A DNA stretch of 49,279 bases, the filler included, from Sphacelaria rigidula (Eukaryota), in the NCBI GenBank assembly GCA_964200075.2. It is 3 parts of 3 records of this genome, joined end to end, with 100 filler letters (N's around TTAATTAATTAA, not from the genome) between each part and the next. Parts side by side here need not be neighbours in the genome. Positions count along the whole stretch, not along the records: positions 16,463 to 32,821 come from CAXNAA020001385.1; positions 32,922 to 49,279 come from CAXNAA020001386.1; 1 more part is not named here. One strand, given 5' to 3'. Of the stretch, positions 30,784 through 42,100 are shown in pieces; position 1 is the first letter of the stretch; each line of letters opens with the position of its first letter. A program made the position numbers and the translations under genes. The notes beneath the pieces were generated by a model. The model had not been told where the DNA came from. It did not search any database and worked only from the letters and a program-made list of their open reading frames with translations.

Positions 30784-32270
30784 TGTTGAGACTTTGCACT
30801 TCCGAAAAGGAGTGGACACCAGGGTGCACCCGATTGGGTCGGTCCTCGGAAAGAACCGGATCCAACCAGATGTAAAGAGGCATGTTTATGTATTCCGTCT
30901 CTCGACGGATTTACATAACGCCTCACCCCTGACTGCGGTACTAGCCAGTCCCGCAATCAGCCCTCCGGGCGCGTAAGCCGTTTTGAATCGACGGCCCATC
31001 ATCGCACTACCCTTATCCACCACGCCACGCCGCGATCCGCAACACCCCCCCTCAGCCCTAGGGTTGAAAAACCCTGGGACTGAACGTGGTTCACACGATG
31101 GATTGCCGCGTTACCATGTCCTTCTTCCCGAGTACTCGGCGTCTTGGTGTAGCCGTCGATCTTGAAAATCGTTCTGCTGGGTTATACCGCGTAGAGCATT
31201 TCAACACCGTGCAGCAACGATTCTGTCCCGCCCAGGGGGTCGTCCTTAATCTTGTTCACCGCTCTGTCGGGTTAGACCACGTAGGGAATTCAAACACCAT
31301 ACAGAAACGATCCCATCCAGTCCGGAGAAGTCCTTGATCTTGTTGATCGCTCTGTCGGGTTAGACCACGTAGGGAATTCAAACACCGTACAGAAACGATC
31401 CCATCCAGTCTGGAGAAATCCTTGATCTTGTTGATCGCTCTGCCGGGTTAGACCGCGTAGAGAATTTAAACACCGTACAGAAAGGATTCTATCCAATCCG
31501 GAGAAGTCCTCGATCGTGTTGACCGCTCTGGGCTGTCCGTAAACCGTCTGCGGATCTTGGTACATCGGGGAATCTACCGCGCAATTGAGCCCCTCTGATG
31601 ATCCTGGGCCCAGCACTGCTTTCTCGTCCGTCAGAGTATATAGTAGAGGTGTGGACGTGATGTCCTCAGCCAACCCTAAATGTGCCCCCCCAAGCTAGCT
31701 AACAGACCTCGCCTGGACTTGAATGCTGCAGCTGTTCTGGGTGCACATGAAATTTCTCCACCTTGGTCGCGAACACCGTGCGCTCTTGTACTTTACGCAC
31801 CTGCATTTTGACCTCAAGATTGAGACCTGGTATCACCCCCTGCTGCACCGTCCCCGGCCCAGTCTACAAGTCATGTACCGATTTGGCCGGTACATCTTCG
31901 TTCAGAAGGGAGCTGTCAGACTCTTTGACTAGCATCAAATCTTATACCTCTTCCCTACGCCGGTGGCGTTGGGTTAACAGCTCATGAAAGTCCTTCAATG
32001 TTTGTCGCTGTTGCTCTACCGTGTTATTCCAGGTGACGGAGTCGACTTGGGTGCGAGGCTCGCGCTCAAAAGCAGCATTAATCGCGTTGGGCTATGCGGC
32101 AGTGACTGGTCGGAAGTTGTCTGATGAATCCATACAGCAGGATACACATACTCGTCCCCCCATTATAGACACGGCTCACATAGCTCGGCTAAAACGAACT
32201 CCCCCCCAGCGTCACTTCAAAGGAAATAGGGCGTTTCGAGCGCCAAGAACAGTTCCAGCAGACCCTTAAC
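30784..32270 (-). mobile_element. Probable degenerate LTR retrotransposon 3' end (LTR ~30784-31680 plus internal remnant)
   Basis: Minus-strand PPT-like cttggggggg at ~31685-31694, a putative LTR ending ...TCAACA at 30784, and a chromodomain-like remnant (L.EDVPA) at ~31885-31960. Confidence 0.35.
31160..31535. repeat. 88-bp tandem repeat, ~4 copies
   Basis: gctctg(t/c)cgggttagacc...aaacaccgtacagaaacgatcccatccagtccggagaagtccttgatcttgttgatc recurs at 31261, 31349 and 31437, truncated at 31525, and degenerate at ~31171. Confidence 0.9.
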
Positions 32271-32821
32271 GTGCTCAGTAACCTTGGGCTGCTAGTGAAA
32301 GAGCAAAGAGATCTTGGTTGCTCGATCCATAACTACCAACAAGTACTTATTACTAGAAGTAGAAGTCTGCTTTATGTCCGATATGTTCATCTACATCATC
32401 TACCAGAACTACAAAAAGCGGGCGGGTCGAACCAATATGGTGCGACTATTAGTACGTTTGGGTCGGTGACATCCTCAAGACAGCACGTGTGTGCGAGTAT
32501 CGGCGAAAAGACCGGGACACTCATAGCGTGCGTTGACCACTACAGTCGTTTTCATCACTCCGGCGTACCCATGGGTAGTGTGCACCAACGCGAGCAGGCC
32601 AGGTACTAGACTGCGTGGAATTGTCATGGATTTATTGGTCATTTTCCAGTCGACTAGGCTTCATGTGTCATACTTTTGTAATGCTTTGTGTCAGATTATC
32701 TACCCATGTTCTCACAGAGCTTTTAGGATTGATCCCAGCACGTACAGCAGCCTGTCGCCGATAATACAAGAAGCATTTACGCCATCCATGGATTGCGATA
32801 TCAGAGGTGTCGCTGGTCTTC

Positions 32822-32921
32822 NNNNNNNNNNNNNNNNNNNNNNNNNNNNNNNNNNNNNNNNNNNNTTAATTAATTAANNNNNNNNNNNNNNNNNNNNNNN
32901 NNNNNNNNNNNNNNNNNNNNN
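32822..32921. other. Artificial contig linker (44 N + TTAATTAATTAA + 44 N)
   Basis: Identical to 16363-16462. Confidence 0.95.
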
Positions 32922-32997
32922 TCAAGAACAACAACACAGGTCCACGACCTCTATTTCATACAGACCCGCGCGCTGAGTACGAGATTCAGCCCTTAAA

Positions 32998-33668
32998 CGA
33001 GTCGTGGGCGGGAAGAAGCGAGCGATGCTCTGTCCGTTTTGATTTTTGGTCGTCGCGAAAAACAAAAAGTGCAGATCGCGTGTTCGCTGCTGTTGCACTT
33101 GGTAACGACAGCGCTTGGCCACAGCTTGTTTGTAGCACAGACGCTAGCTGGGAACGGGAAATGGCTCTAGCGAGCGACAATCTGGCAACCCGTTGCAGTC
33201 GAAAGCATGCTACTGTACACGTTTCATGATGCGTGGGTGTGTGCAATCGCTGATTGCGAAAAGGAAACGAGCCGTGGGTGGGAAGAAGCGCGCGATGCTT
33301 TGTCCGTTTTGATTTTTGGTCGTCACGATGAACGAAAAGTGCAGATCGCGTGTTCGCTGCTGTTGCACTCGGTAACAACAGCGCTTGGCCACAGCTTGTT
33401 TGTAGCACGGACGCTAGCTGACAGAGCTAGTGGCTCTAGCGAGCGATAACCTAGTCACCTGTTGCAGTCGGCAGCATGCTGTACACGATCCATGATGCGT
33501 GGGCGTGTACAAAGGCTGGGTGTAAAAAGGTAACGGGCTGTGAGCGAGAACAAGCGAGCGATGTCTTTTCCCGTTTCGATTTCTTGTCGCGAAAAACGAA
33601 AAGTGCATATCGCGTGTTCGCTGCTGTTGCACTCCGTAACAACAGCGCTTGGCCACAGCTTGTTGGTA
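32998..33668. repeat. ~270-bp tandem repeat, ~2.5 copies
   Basis: gca(g/t)atcgcgtgttcgctgctgttgcact...acagcgcttggccacagcttgtt at 33071, 33341 and 33605. Confidence 0.9.
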
Positions 33669-34907
33669 GAACGGGCGTCAGGGGGTATCGAAAGTATTCC
33701 TCGGGACTGGAACGCATGGAGTGAGGGATAGGGGGCCAGGGGCCGCGAATACCCTCGAGGGCAACCTTAACGAGGCTTCACTTTCAAACGAATTCACCCG
33801 TGTATTCGTGGCTACAAGGTGTTTGATATGCTTGAGACGTGTACCTCTGTGCAGCGTGTGAACCGAACCCTTCTTCGTGGAGTAAAATGCTCGTTACATG
33901 TTCACGGGGCGTGACTGTGGATGTTGTATGAGATCTACGCAGAAAGTCTCCGCAAAAAACGGCAGTCGACAATCGGACTGGATTGGGGTGTCTCTCTCCA
34001 CAAAGTGCCGTTGCGTCGGGATACAGGGGGTTGACAGATCGGGACGCTTATGATCGCCTTTTGCATGACCAGTGCTGCAGAGTGCTTCCGCGAGTACGCT
34101 AATAATTAATGCCCAAAACACTAGCCTCTGACGTTTTCCATTTGACCCATTTGAAATTTCAAAACTCTGTGTACAAACCGATCACTACTCTGATGAGGAA
34201 TAATGATATAAACATAAATGCGCTTGAGACAGAAAGAGAGGGAGAGAGAAATAAGTCATTCCTGATGAGAAGTGACAAACTTATCCGCGTGGTATCGGGT
34301 TTCATCGAAAATGACGTTGTGCGGACGCGCGCTGTATACTGACAGGAATCGCGTCGCGCCCGAGTTTAATTCATCATTCAGCTATCACACCCAAGATCTA
34401 AAGTATGTCGTCGGTAGTAGTGGCTTGGTGTACCGAGTGGAACGTACGCAATCATGTCGGCCATGGAGGCCGTTTTTATCTCTGTGGTACTGGTGATGAT
34501 GCTCACACTGCTGTTTCACGGCTGGAAGACTCCCGAAATAGTGGTAAGTAATGAACTGCTTGGATGCACCTTTTTGCTGTACTTTACATACTGTGGTCAC
34601 TGTACATTTCTGTTCTCAGGGTAAGGTCAATTGCGCCGCTGAGACATGGGAGGGGCAAGCGGCATGCAACATATTACCGAGTACATTGAAAGGAAGTCGC
34701 CCCCACTTCATCGCGTGCATGGGTTAGGGACGCATTAATGTCACCCACACGGGCTGTGCGTACAGCAGAACAAACTAGTACAGCAGGGTATGTCTTCCTC
34801 TGTTGTGGGCACCACTGCAACCGTTGTACTGCAGGCTGTCGATATATCACAGTGGCATTATCTGAGTTATCACAGTGGCATCATCTGAGTTATTCATGCC
34901 CCCTTGA

Positions 34908-35250
34908 CAGGGTTCGGTAGGCAAGCACAGGCACCGTAGGTGAGGTAGGTACCTGGTACCGGTATTCAGGACATCTCATACCCTACCGATACCGGTCCAA
35001 TCGGGTATTTTCAAATGCCATACCTACCTACAATACCCACGATACCACGGTATTTTGAGATTTGAATGTCGAACCTACCGTACCTGCACGATCTGGTATT
35101 TTCAGAACTCATACCTAGGATACCCAGGATACACACGATACCACGGTATTTCGAGCTTTCAATACCTACCGTACCCGCCCAATCGGGTATTTTCGTATGT
35201 CGTACCTATGATACGTACGATACCACGATATTTCTCAGATGCCCTCTGAT
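34908..35250 (+). repeat. Dispersed repeat with TACCG/GGTA-rich subrepeats; second copy ~36130-36375
   Basis: Both contain ggacatctcataccctaccgataccg..ccaatcggg and gataccacggtattttga. Confidence 0.7.
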
Positions 35251-36375
35251 TTGTGTGTTTGGGTCAATTCAAATGAACTCATTATTTTGTAGTCTAAAGT
35301 CCGGTCGTTTTTATTGTCTCGATCTGATAGGTCCGCCGGATTTCAGTTCGTAGAAAGCTTCAACTTGAATTCGATATTAGTGGCGCGCGGAGGAAAACTA
35401 CTAAACCACGAAGCTGCTCGTAAGCCTTTTCGATCGAAAACATGCGGTCGAAAGGCACGAAGCGGCACTTGACTCCTATCTTACAGTCCACGACGCCAGA
35501 TAACACCCGTTCATAGAACCATGCTAAGTCCATCCAACTCATTCTCAGCTACCATCCCAACCCTGCAGCATCGAGCACGAGTTGAGCACAGGGACAGACA
35601 CGCTGCAGTAGTTGAATATGCTTTGTTTATTTTTTGTTGGCGAAAACTTGCGTATCTTCTTCCATGGTAGGGATCAGCGACGGAACTGCGTGCTACGGTG
35701 GGCAACCGAGTTGCGTACACGCTCATGGATAGTGCTGGCAGTACAAAGCTCCACGTTGTTCAAGTCCTATTCATGTCGCATTGTAAGCAGAGAGAACTGA
35801 TAGTCCTGGACTGTCTGCACTGCACGTTGCCCGCTTCTCTTGAAATTCTTGCTGTACGAAACACGTACAGACGCGCTGAAGACACACTGTTGCAAGCAGT
35901 GCAGACTGTGCAGACTGTACTGTACACGAGTGACCATGTACGGTGTCACGAATTTCACCATCCGTTTTCGATCGGAAGCTTGAAAATTCGATTGGACCCA
36001 ACTCGACAAAAATGTGCGATTTTCGGTCAAATCAGTTCCACCGCTACATTTTTTTGATTTTTTTTTTTGCCAAGACACGCCCTGGAACGCTTCTCCGGAC
36101 TGCCGGATGACAGTTTCGAATTCGGTATAGAGGGTAAGGCAGGTACGCAGTACTGGTATTTGGGACATCTCATACCCTACCGATACCGACCCAATCGGGC
36201 CTTTTCAAAGCTCATACCTACGATACCTACGATACCACGGTATTTTGATATATCAGTACCTACCGTACCCGCTGAATCAGGTATTTTCAAAACTCATACT
36301 TACGATACCCACGGTACGGGATATCCCGGTAAACACTGGGGGTACCCTCGGTACGGTACCTTACCTACGCTTCCT

Positions 36376-36850
36376 GTGGTAGGCTTCTACTTACTATGCT
36401 AGCACGGTTTTTAAAGAATTCGTCTATATTGAAAACAATGATGTGTATTGTCGTCTCACCTATTCTGGACGCCGGTCTACACCCTTTCGGTATATGTGGC
36501 GCACCAGCCGGGGTCACACAGGAGGAAGGGGAACACAGGAGCTTCTTCTTTTTTGTTTGTTTTTAATTTCCCGCCTTCCTTCTGCCGTGCTTGCCTTTAT
36601 TATTTTATCGCGAGAGGGGTTCAGTAGTTCCTTTCCCTCGTCGACTGTTGAGTTGAATTTTGTGTACCCACGACACAATCGCTCTCAACTGTTGGGCTTG
36701 GTGTGAGAAAAAATCCCAGATCGCTCCGAGATTCGAACCCACGACCCAACCGTCAGAAGGTTTCGACGTTACCAACTGAGCCACCGGGACGACGGTGATG
36801 GGTCGCTATTTTGTAAAACCGTGCTAGCATAATAAGTAGAAGCTTACTAC
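36376..36850. mobile_element. MITE with ~40-bp TIRs carrying a nested SINE
   Basis: gtaggcttctacttactatgctagcacggtttt / aaaaccgtgctagcataataagtagaagcttac. Confidence 0.7.
36543..36793 (-). mobile_element. tRNA-derived SINE
   Basis: Minus strand has A box TGGCTCAGTTGG, B box GTTCGAATC, a non-tRNA body and an A-rich tail. Homologous copy at 20513. Confidence 0.75.
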
Positions 36851-36884
36851 CCCTTCACAAATGTTAGGAATGTGAATGTGTCTT

Positions 36885-37491
36885 CCAAGGTTGTGTTCTA
36901 GAGGGCACGGTTTTCTGTACATATTTTTCCGGGTATCCACCATACCCGACAGCTCTGTGACTTCTGCAAGACTTTCATACCGGTACCCGACAGTTCTGTA
37001 CTCTCTGGAAGACTTTCATATCCCTACCCTATACTTCTGTAATCTATGTCAGATTCGCGTACCGTTACCGGGGGGCACGGGTACGCTCTCGATAAGGTAT
37101 CCGATTGCGGGTGCGGTCCTTCTGTGCAAGTTTCATACCCTACCCGACGGTTTCTGTGAGTTCTGTAAGCCTCCCATACCCTTACCCGACTGTTATGTGA
37201 GTTCTGTCCAGAATGTTTACCTGTACCCAGAGCGCGGGTATGCTTTTGAAGGGATACCCGATTGCCGGTACGGTTTTCCTGTAAACCTCCCATACCGTAC
37301 CCAATAAGTTCTGTAGTTTCTCTAAGACTTTCATCCAGTACCGGTACCCCACAGTTCTGTATGCTCTGTAAGCCTCCCATACCCCTACCCGAGGTTAGGA
37401 TTTATCATTACAGATATGCCCGATTGCAGGTATGAGCACAGGTATATACCTTGGGGAGGTACGGATATAGGTTCAATCCAAACACAACCTC
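36885..37491 (+). mobile_element. MITE-like element with CAAGGTTGTGTTCT TIR and internal GTACCCGACAGTTCTGT subrepeats
   Basis: Starts ccaaggttgtgttct and ends aacacaacctc. Colinear with 38102-38641. Confidence 0.7.
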
Positions 37492-38101
37492 ATGAGCTGA
37501 ACATGTAACTCCCATCGCGATCAACCCACCCAACACCTTCATTCAAAACCACACACCAACAATAATTCGATGCTAAAAGTTCTTTAGTTTGGGGTCTGAC
37601 GGGATACGAGGTACCGCTGAGTGGAAACACGAAACATGAGCAGCACGGCAGGCCGTCAGGATGGATCACCCTCAGACTCGAGTGGTGGCTCCAGCGGGGA
37701 CGGCTCATCTGCGCCACGAGGGGATCAAGTAGCAAGACGCACGTCATCGACGTTGATGGTGGTTGGGTTGTGGTCATCAACCCCCAGGCCGTTATCGACA
37801 TGTGCAGCACAGACTATGAGCTGCCACAGAAAGTCGTCAAGGCCGTCGACGATGTTGTTGCGTGCCGAAGGGCTTCCAGATAGTGGGCAGCCGTGAGTGC
37901 TCCTTCATGTACTCTCTGAGAGTGTGCGTGAAGCCGATAGATGTTGACGATCCCGTGCACATGTACTAGTGGGATTGTTCGTGCAGTATTTATCTATCAA
38001 CCCCATGAAGCCGTTCAGAGTCTTCGTGAACTGCCATCTGTGTTTCGCCACTGTTGTAGTGGCGTAGATCCAACCACACGGGTGATGATAATAAAATGTA
38101 C

Positions 38102-38641
38102 CGAGGTCGTGTTATGTAGGGTACGGTTTTCTGAATACCCGGGGTATTTTACCGGGTATTTACCGTACCCGACAGTGCTGTAAACTCTGTAAGATATCCA
38201 TATCGGTACCCGACAGTTCTGTACTCTCTGTAAGACCTTCATACCTGTACTCGATAGTTCTGTGAGTTCTGTAAGCCTCCCTTACCGTTACCGGGGCGCA
38301 CGGGTATGCTCTTGATAAGATACCCGGTTGCGGGTACGGTTTTTTGTGCAACCTCCACATCCTACCCGACAGTTTCTGTGAGTTCTCTAAGCCCCCCATA
38401 CCCTTCCCCGGCAGTTGGGTGAGTTCTGTACAAAAACATTATCCTAACCCGAGGGGCGGGTATGCCCCAAAAGAGTTACCCGATTGCCGGTACCGGTTTT
38501 CTGATGAGACTTTCATACCGGTACCCGACAGTTCTGTATGCTGTGTAAGACTTTCATACCGGTACCCGGCACTTCTGTAATTTCTGTAAGAAATCTAATA
38601 CCCTACAGAGCGTACCCGTACCTTACAGAACACAACCTTGG
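38102..38641 (+). mobile_element. Second copy of the CAAGGTTGTGTTCT-TIR element
   Basis: Starts cgaggtcgtgttatgt and ends acagaacacaaccttgg, with the same internal subrepeats. Confidence 0.7.
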
Positions 38642-38685
38642 TATCTTGACCACCTCTGAATGGATTGTTGTACACAGTCTAAGAC

Positions 38686-39148
38686 CATTTAGGGGGGCAA
38701 GCAATCCGTATTTGTGCAAATATGAGGATTTCAGTCCGTCTACAGGCGATTTTCTGCCGTGGATTGATTTTCGGACCCCAGTCCGCTGGGCAATGTTTCT
38801 CGACTAGCTGAGAGAAAACCAGATCAATTCTCCGATTCTCTGAACGTTGACTTTTGGTTCATCGCATTTCTGCTCAGATCGGGACACTCCCGCATCTCCC
38901 CCGAATTGGTTGAGAAAATCATATCACTTCTGCGATTCTCTGGACGTTGGTTCATCACCTTCAAGAGGTGATCAGCCAAAAGTTAACATCAAGCGAATCG
39001 AAGAGTTGACCTGGTGTTCTCACAGCTAGTCGAAAAGCATTGCTCAACGGACTGGGGTCCGAAAAATCAATCCCCGGGAGAAAATCGCCTGTAGACGGGC
39101 TGAAATCCTCATATTTGTACAAAAGCAGATTGCCTGCCATAAAAAATG
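38686..39148. repeat. Foldback element with ~180-bp inverted arms
   Basis: caaatatgaggatttcagtccgtctacaggcgattttct...cggaccccagtccg is mirrored by cggactggggtccg...agaaaatcgcctgtagacgggctgaaatcctcatatttg. Confidence 0.85.
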
Positions 39149-42100
39149 ATCCAAGAGCATCTTTTATGGCAGTCACTAATCTCAATTTTTTCGAGCATCA
39201 GGGGTGAAAATGCGGGGAACGCATTTCATGGACCCCGGTTTGGACCGAATCGAGGAAGAAGAAAACGGGGTGTCATGATCCCAGAACGATTTCCCCCGAT
39301 TTTTCGAAAAAATCGAGAGAAAGCTGAGGTCCCCCCCTATTTTGAGGAGATGACGTACGTGCTTTGACGTACGATGGTAGGGTACGAGACGTTTGATATA
39401 TTTGCAACCGCAGCAGAAGACAGTCTCGCGACAGCGCGGGGCGTGCCTGCCCGCGCCAGCTGCTGAAGCAGCTTCGTACGTGGTGTGACAAGTGGATAAT
39501 TAATGTTGACGCCGTACCCTGCGGCGATTGTAATATTTTATGCTGTACTGCGCTGCCATATGTATCACAACAACGAACTGTACTGTACTACAGGCAAGAT
39601 CCTGCAGTCTGTTGTCGCTGTACTTGCAGGGTGGTGTTAGGCTCTAGCTTCGTATGCGCGCTTCAGGTTCGGGGGTTGGGTTTGAAAGATTATTTTTTTT
39701 AAAGCTTAAAACAAGCTCAATTTTTCCGAAAAGCTTATAACGTGTTTAAAACGCTATAAAGTTGCCTAAAAGTGCCTCCTATGGCCTATCGCGTGACTCG
39801 TCACCAGACAGGCTTCAATACCTCAAACTGCCGTGGTTTCGGGTCTGATCCTAAAAACCTTTCGCTATATATTTCACATGATATTATGTTGGATCGAAAA
39901 ATGTGATCAAGATTTTGTACAGTAGTTGTACATGGGGCCATGGGGCTCACTGTACCACATACAACCTACAGCGTTTTGGAGGGATAATCAGTCAAAGCAG
40001 CGACGAGAAGTGACTACAAGCAAGCTTATAATGGGGGCTTAAAACTAAAAAAAAAAAATACATCTAAAAAATGGAGCTTAATTTGAAAAAAAACGAAGCT
40101 CAATTTGACAAAAAAAAGCGCATACGAAGCTAAAGCCTAGGTGATGTATGCACTGCACTGCTGAACTCTTCTCGCACACTGTTCATCGTTCTCTCAATAC
40201 CGACTGTGCCATCATGTAGTACCTACCACACGGTATTATCATGTTCTGTAATGATGGAGTGTCCTGCACTGTATTGCCCTAGGGTACCACGGTACGACAC
40301 TGTACTCGAAGGATTATCAACCGCCTGCCTGCTCTTCGGCTTCATGCACGAGCACGCGATATCACACTCATGCAGAAAATGATTGTGTACAGAACTGTTT
40401 CGCAAATCTTTGATACCATAAAACGGCCCCCCCCATTTTGAGTTCGCGAGTTTGAGTCCCCCCCGATTTGGAGAAAGTCTGACACCGAAAGAAATATATA
40501 TATATAAATTTCAAAACAGAATCTGACCTGTTTTCGCCCCAGGGTCAGCTGCTGCAACGCGCAAGCCGAGATTAAGCGATATGGGCTTGTTGGCTGTGCT
40601 TCACATAATATGTAGCCGAAGTTTCAGCGCGTGGAAGCGCCCACAGCGCACGTATGGGCGTTCCTCCCCACCGGAGCACCTCTACAGGCAATGTATGCCT
40701 GGATTTCGCGCAGATTACCATTATCCAGCGGATGTCCTAGTACAGATCGATGGTTGTTCGCCATAGCCGCAGCCGCCCAAGTGCTCATGATGTGGGGGTT
40801 ATTGCATCGGTGTATCCACAGATGCATCAAGGTTCGTGTACGAGGTTTCTGCCGCGGGAAGGCCGTGTGTAGGGCATGCGGTCAATATTGCAAAAAATCT
40901 GTGACCACTGTGCTAGTTTCCGTGCAGAAACGAAACGTGCCGCCGCGTCGTGCACATGCTGGCTGCATCATGCCCGGCTCGTGTGCCAACTTTCACGGCC
41001 GGTTAGACACCCCCGGGGGAGAACTTCCCAATCAAGTTTGCAGTAAAAAACGGCATAATAATAGTAGTCGACGAGGGCAAGATACGGCAGGAACGGTTAC
41101 GCCGCATATTCCGCGTAGGAGAATATGAAGTAGTCACATCTTCACCACTCTGGCTCCCCCGTATCAGTGATGTCGATACGTGCATAGGAGCCCGCAAGCG
41201 CTCCCCTGGACAGCGTGCGGAAGATGGAGCTACGGTACTTCATGTTTCATGATATCGACACATCCATCGCGCATCAGCCAAAAACATGTTACATTCACTG
41301 TGAGAGTCTAGCGTTGACTGAGAGAGGGTTGTATTCCAATTTCACGAAGTAAATTGGTTTCTGCCCCGGGTAATAACATCAACTATCCGGTTTTTTACGA
41401 CTCGGTTTTTGCGACTCAATTTTTGCTACATGTTTCCACTCCAAAACCCCTACTGATTTCGGTTTGATGGGGAAAACTTTGTCATCAGAAACCAAACGTA
41501 TCTTGCTCCAAGGGACACCTGGACACACAGCAGTTGCTGCTGCCTACCCAGTATCATGCTCCAAATCGAAGTCTTGAGTGAGAATTTTGACGCCCAGCGT
41601 ACAGCTGCTTGATGCTGCTCCTGCCTGCCCGAGAAACAGCAGTTTGCAACTTTTACTTGGTGCCCATGTACAAGGATGGCAGAGTGAGTTCCGGCTGCCG
41701 ATGTCTACAACGATAATGATCGGCCGCGTGTGCTTCTTGAATCCCCACTGCGGCCGAAAGGGGCACCTGGACACACAGCAGTTGCTGCCGGTAGTGGCAG
41801 TTCCCAAAGGAAATTTCCGTGAGGCGGTACTTGTCTTGTTGTATTCAACATACAGGCAGTGCAGACAGTACAGGACAGCATTGCTGTCCTGTACTGTCTG
41901 CACAGGATGTGTGCCGGGCCGGTTCACTGCCAACAAATTGCGAAGCCATATCTACCAATGATGGTGTTGTACGGGGAAGATCACCCGATTCGCCACCTCG
42001 CTTTTTCGCCACCCCTTGCCTCTGCGGACATGTTCTTCTCTACTTGCTTCGACGTACCTCTACCACCTACCGTTTCGGTATACCCTGCGCAGGCGAACGC

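Noticed and set aside
31160-31535. 88-bp repeats as a CRISPR array
   Set aside because: Head-to-tail tandem units with no unique spacers.
36715-36793. Functional tRNA gene (also 20513 and 21878-21954)
   Set aside because: A and B boxes are present but no proper cloverleaf forms, and the sequence continues into a repeated body, consistent with SINEs.
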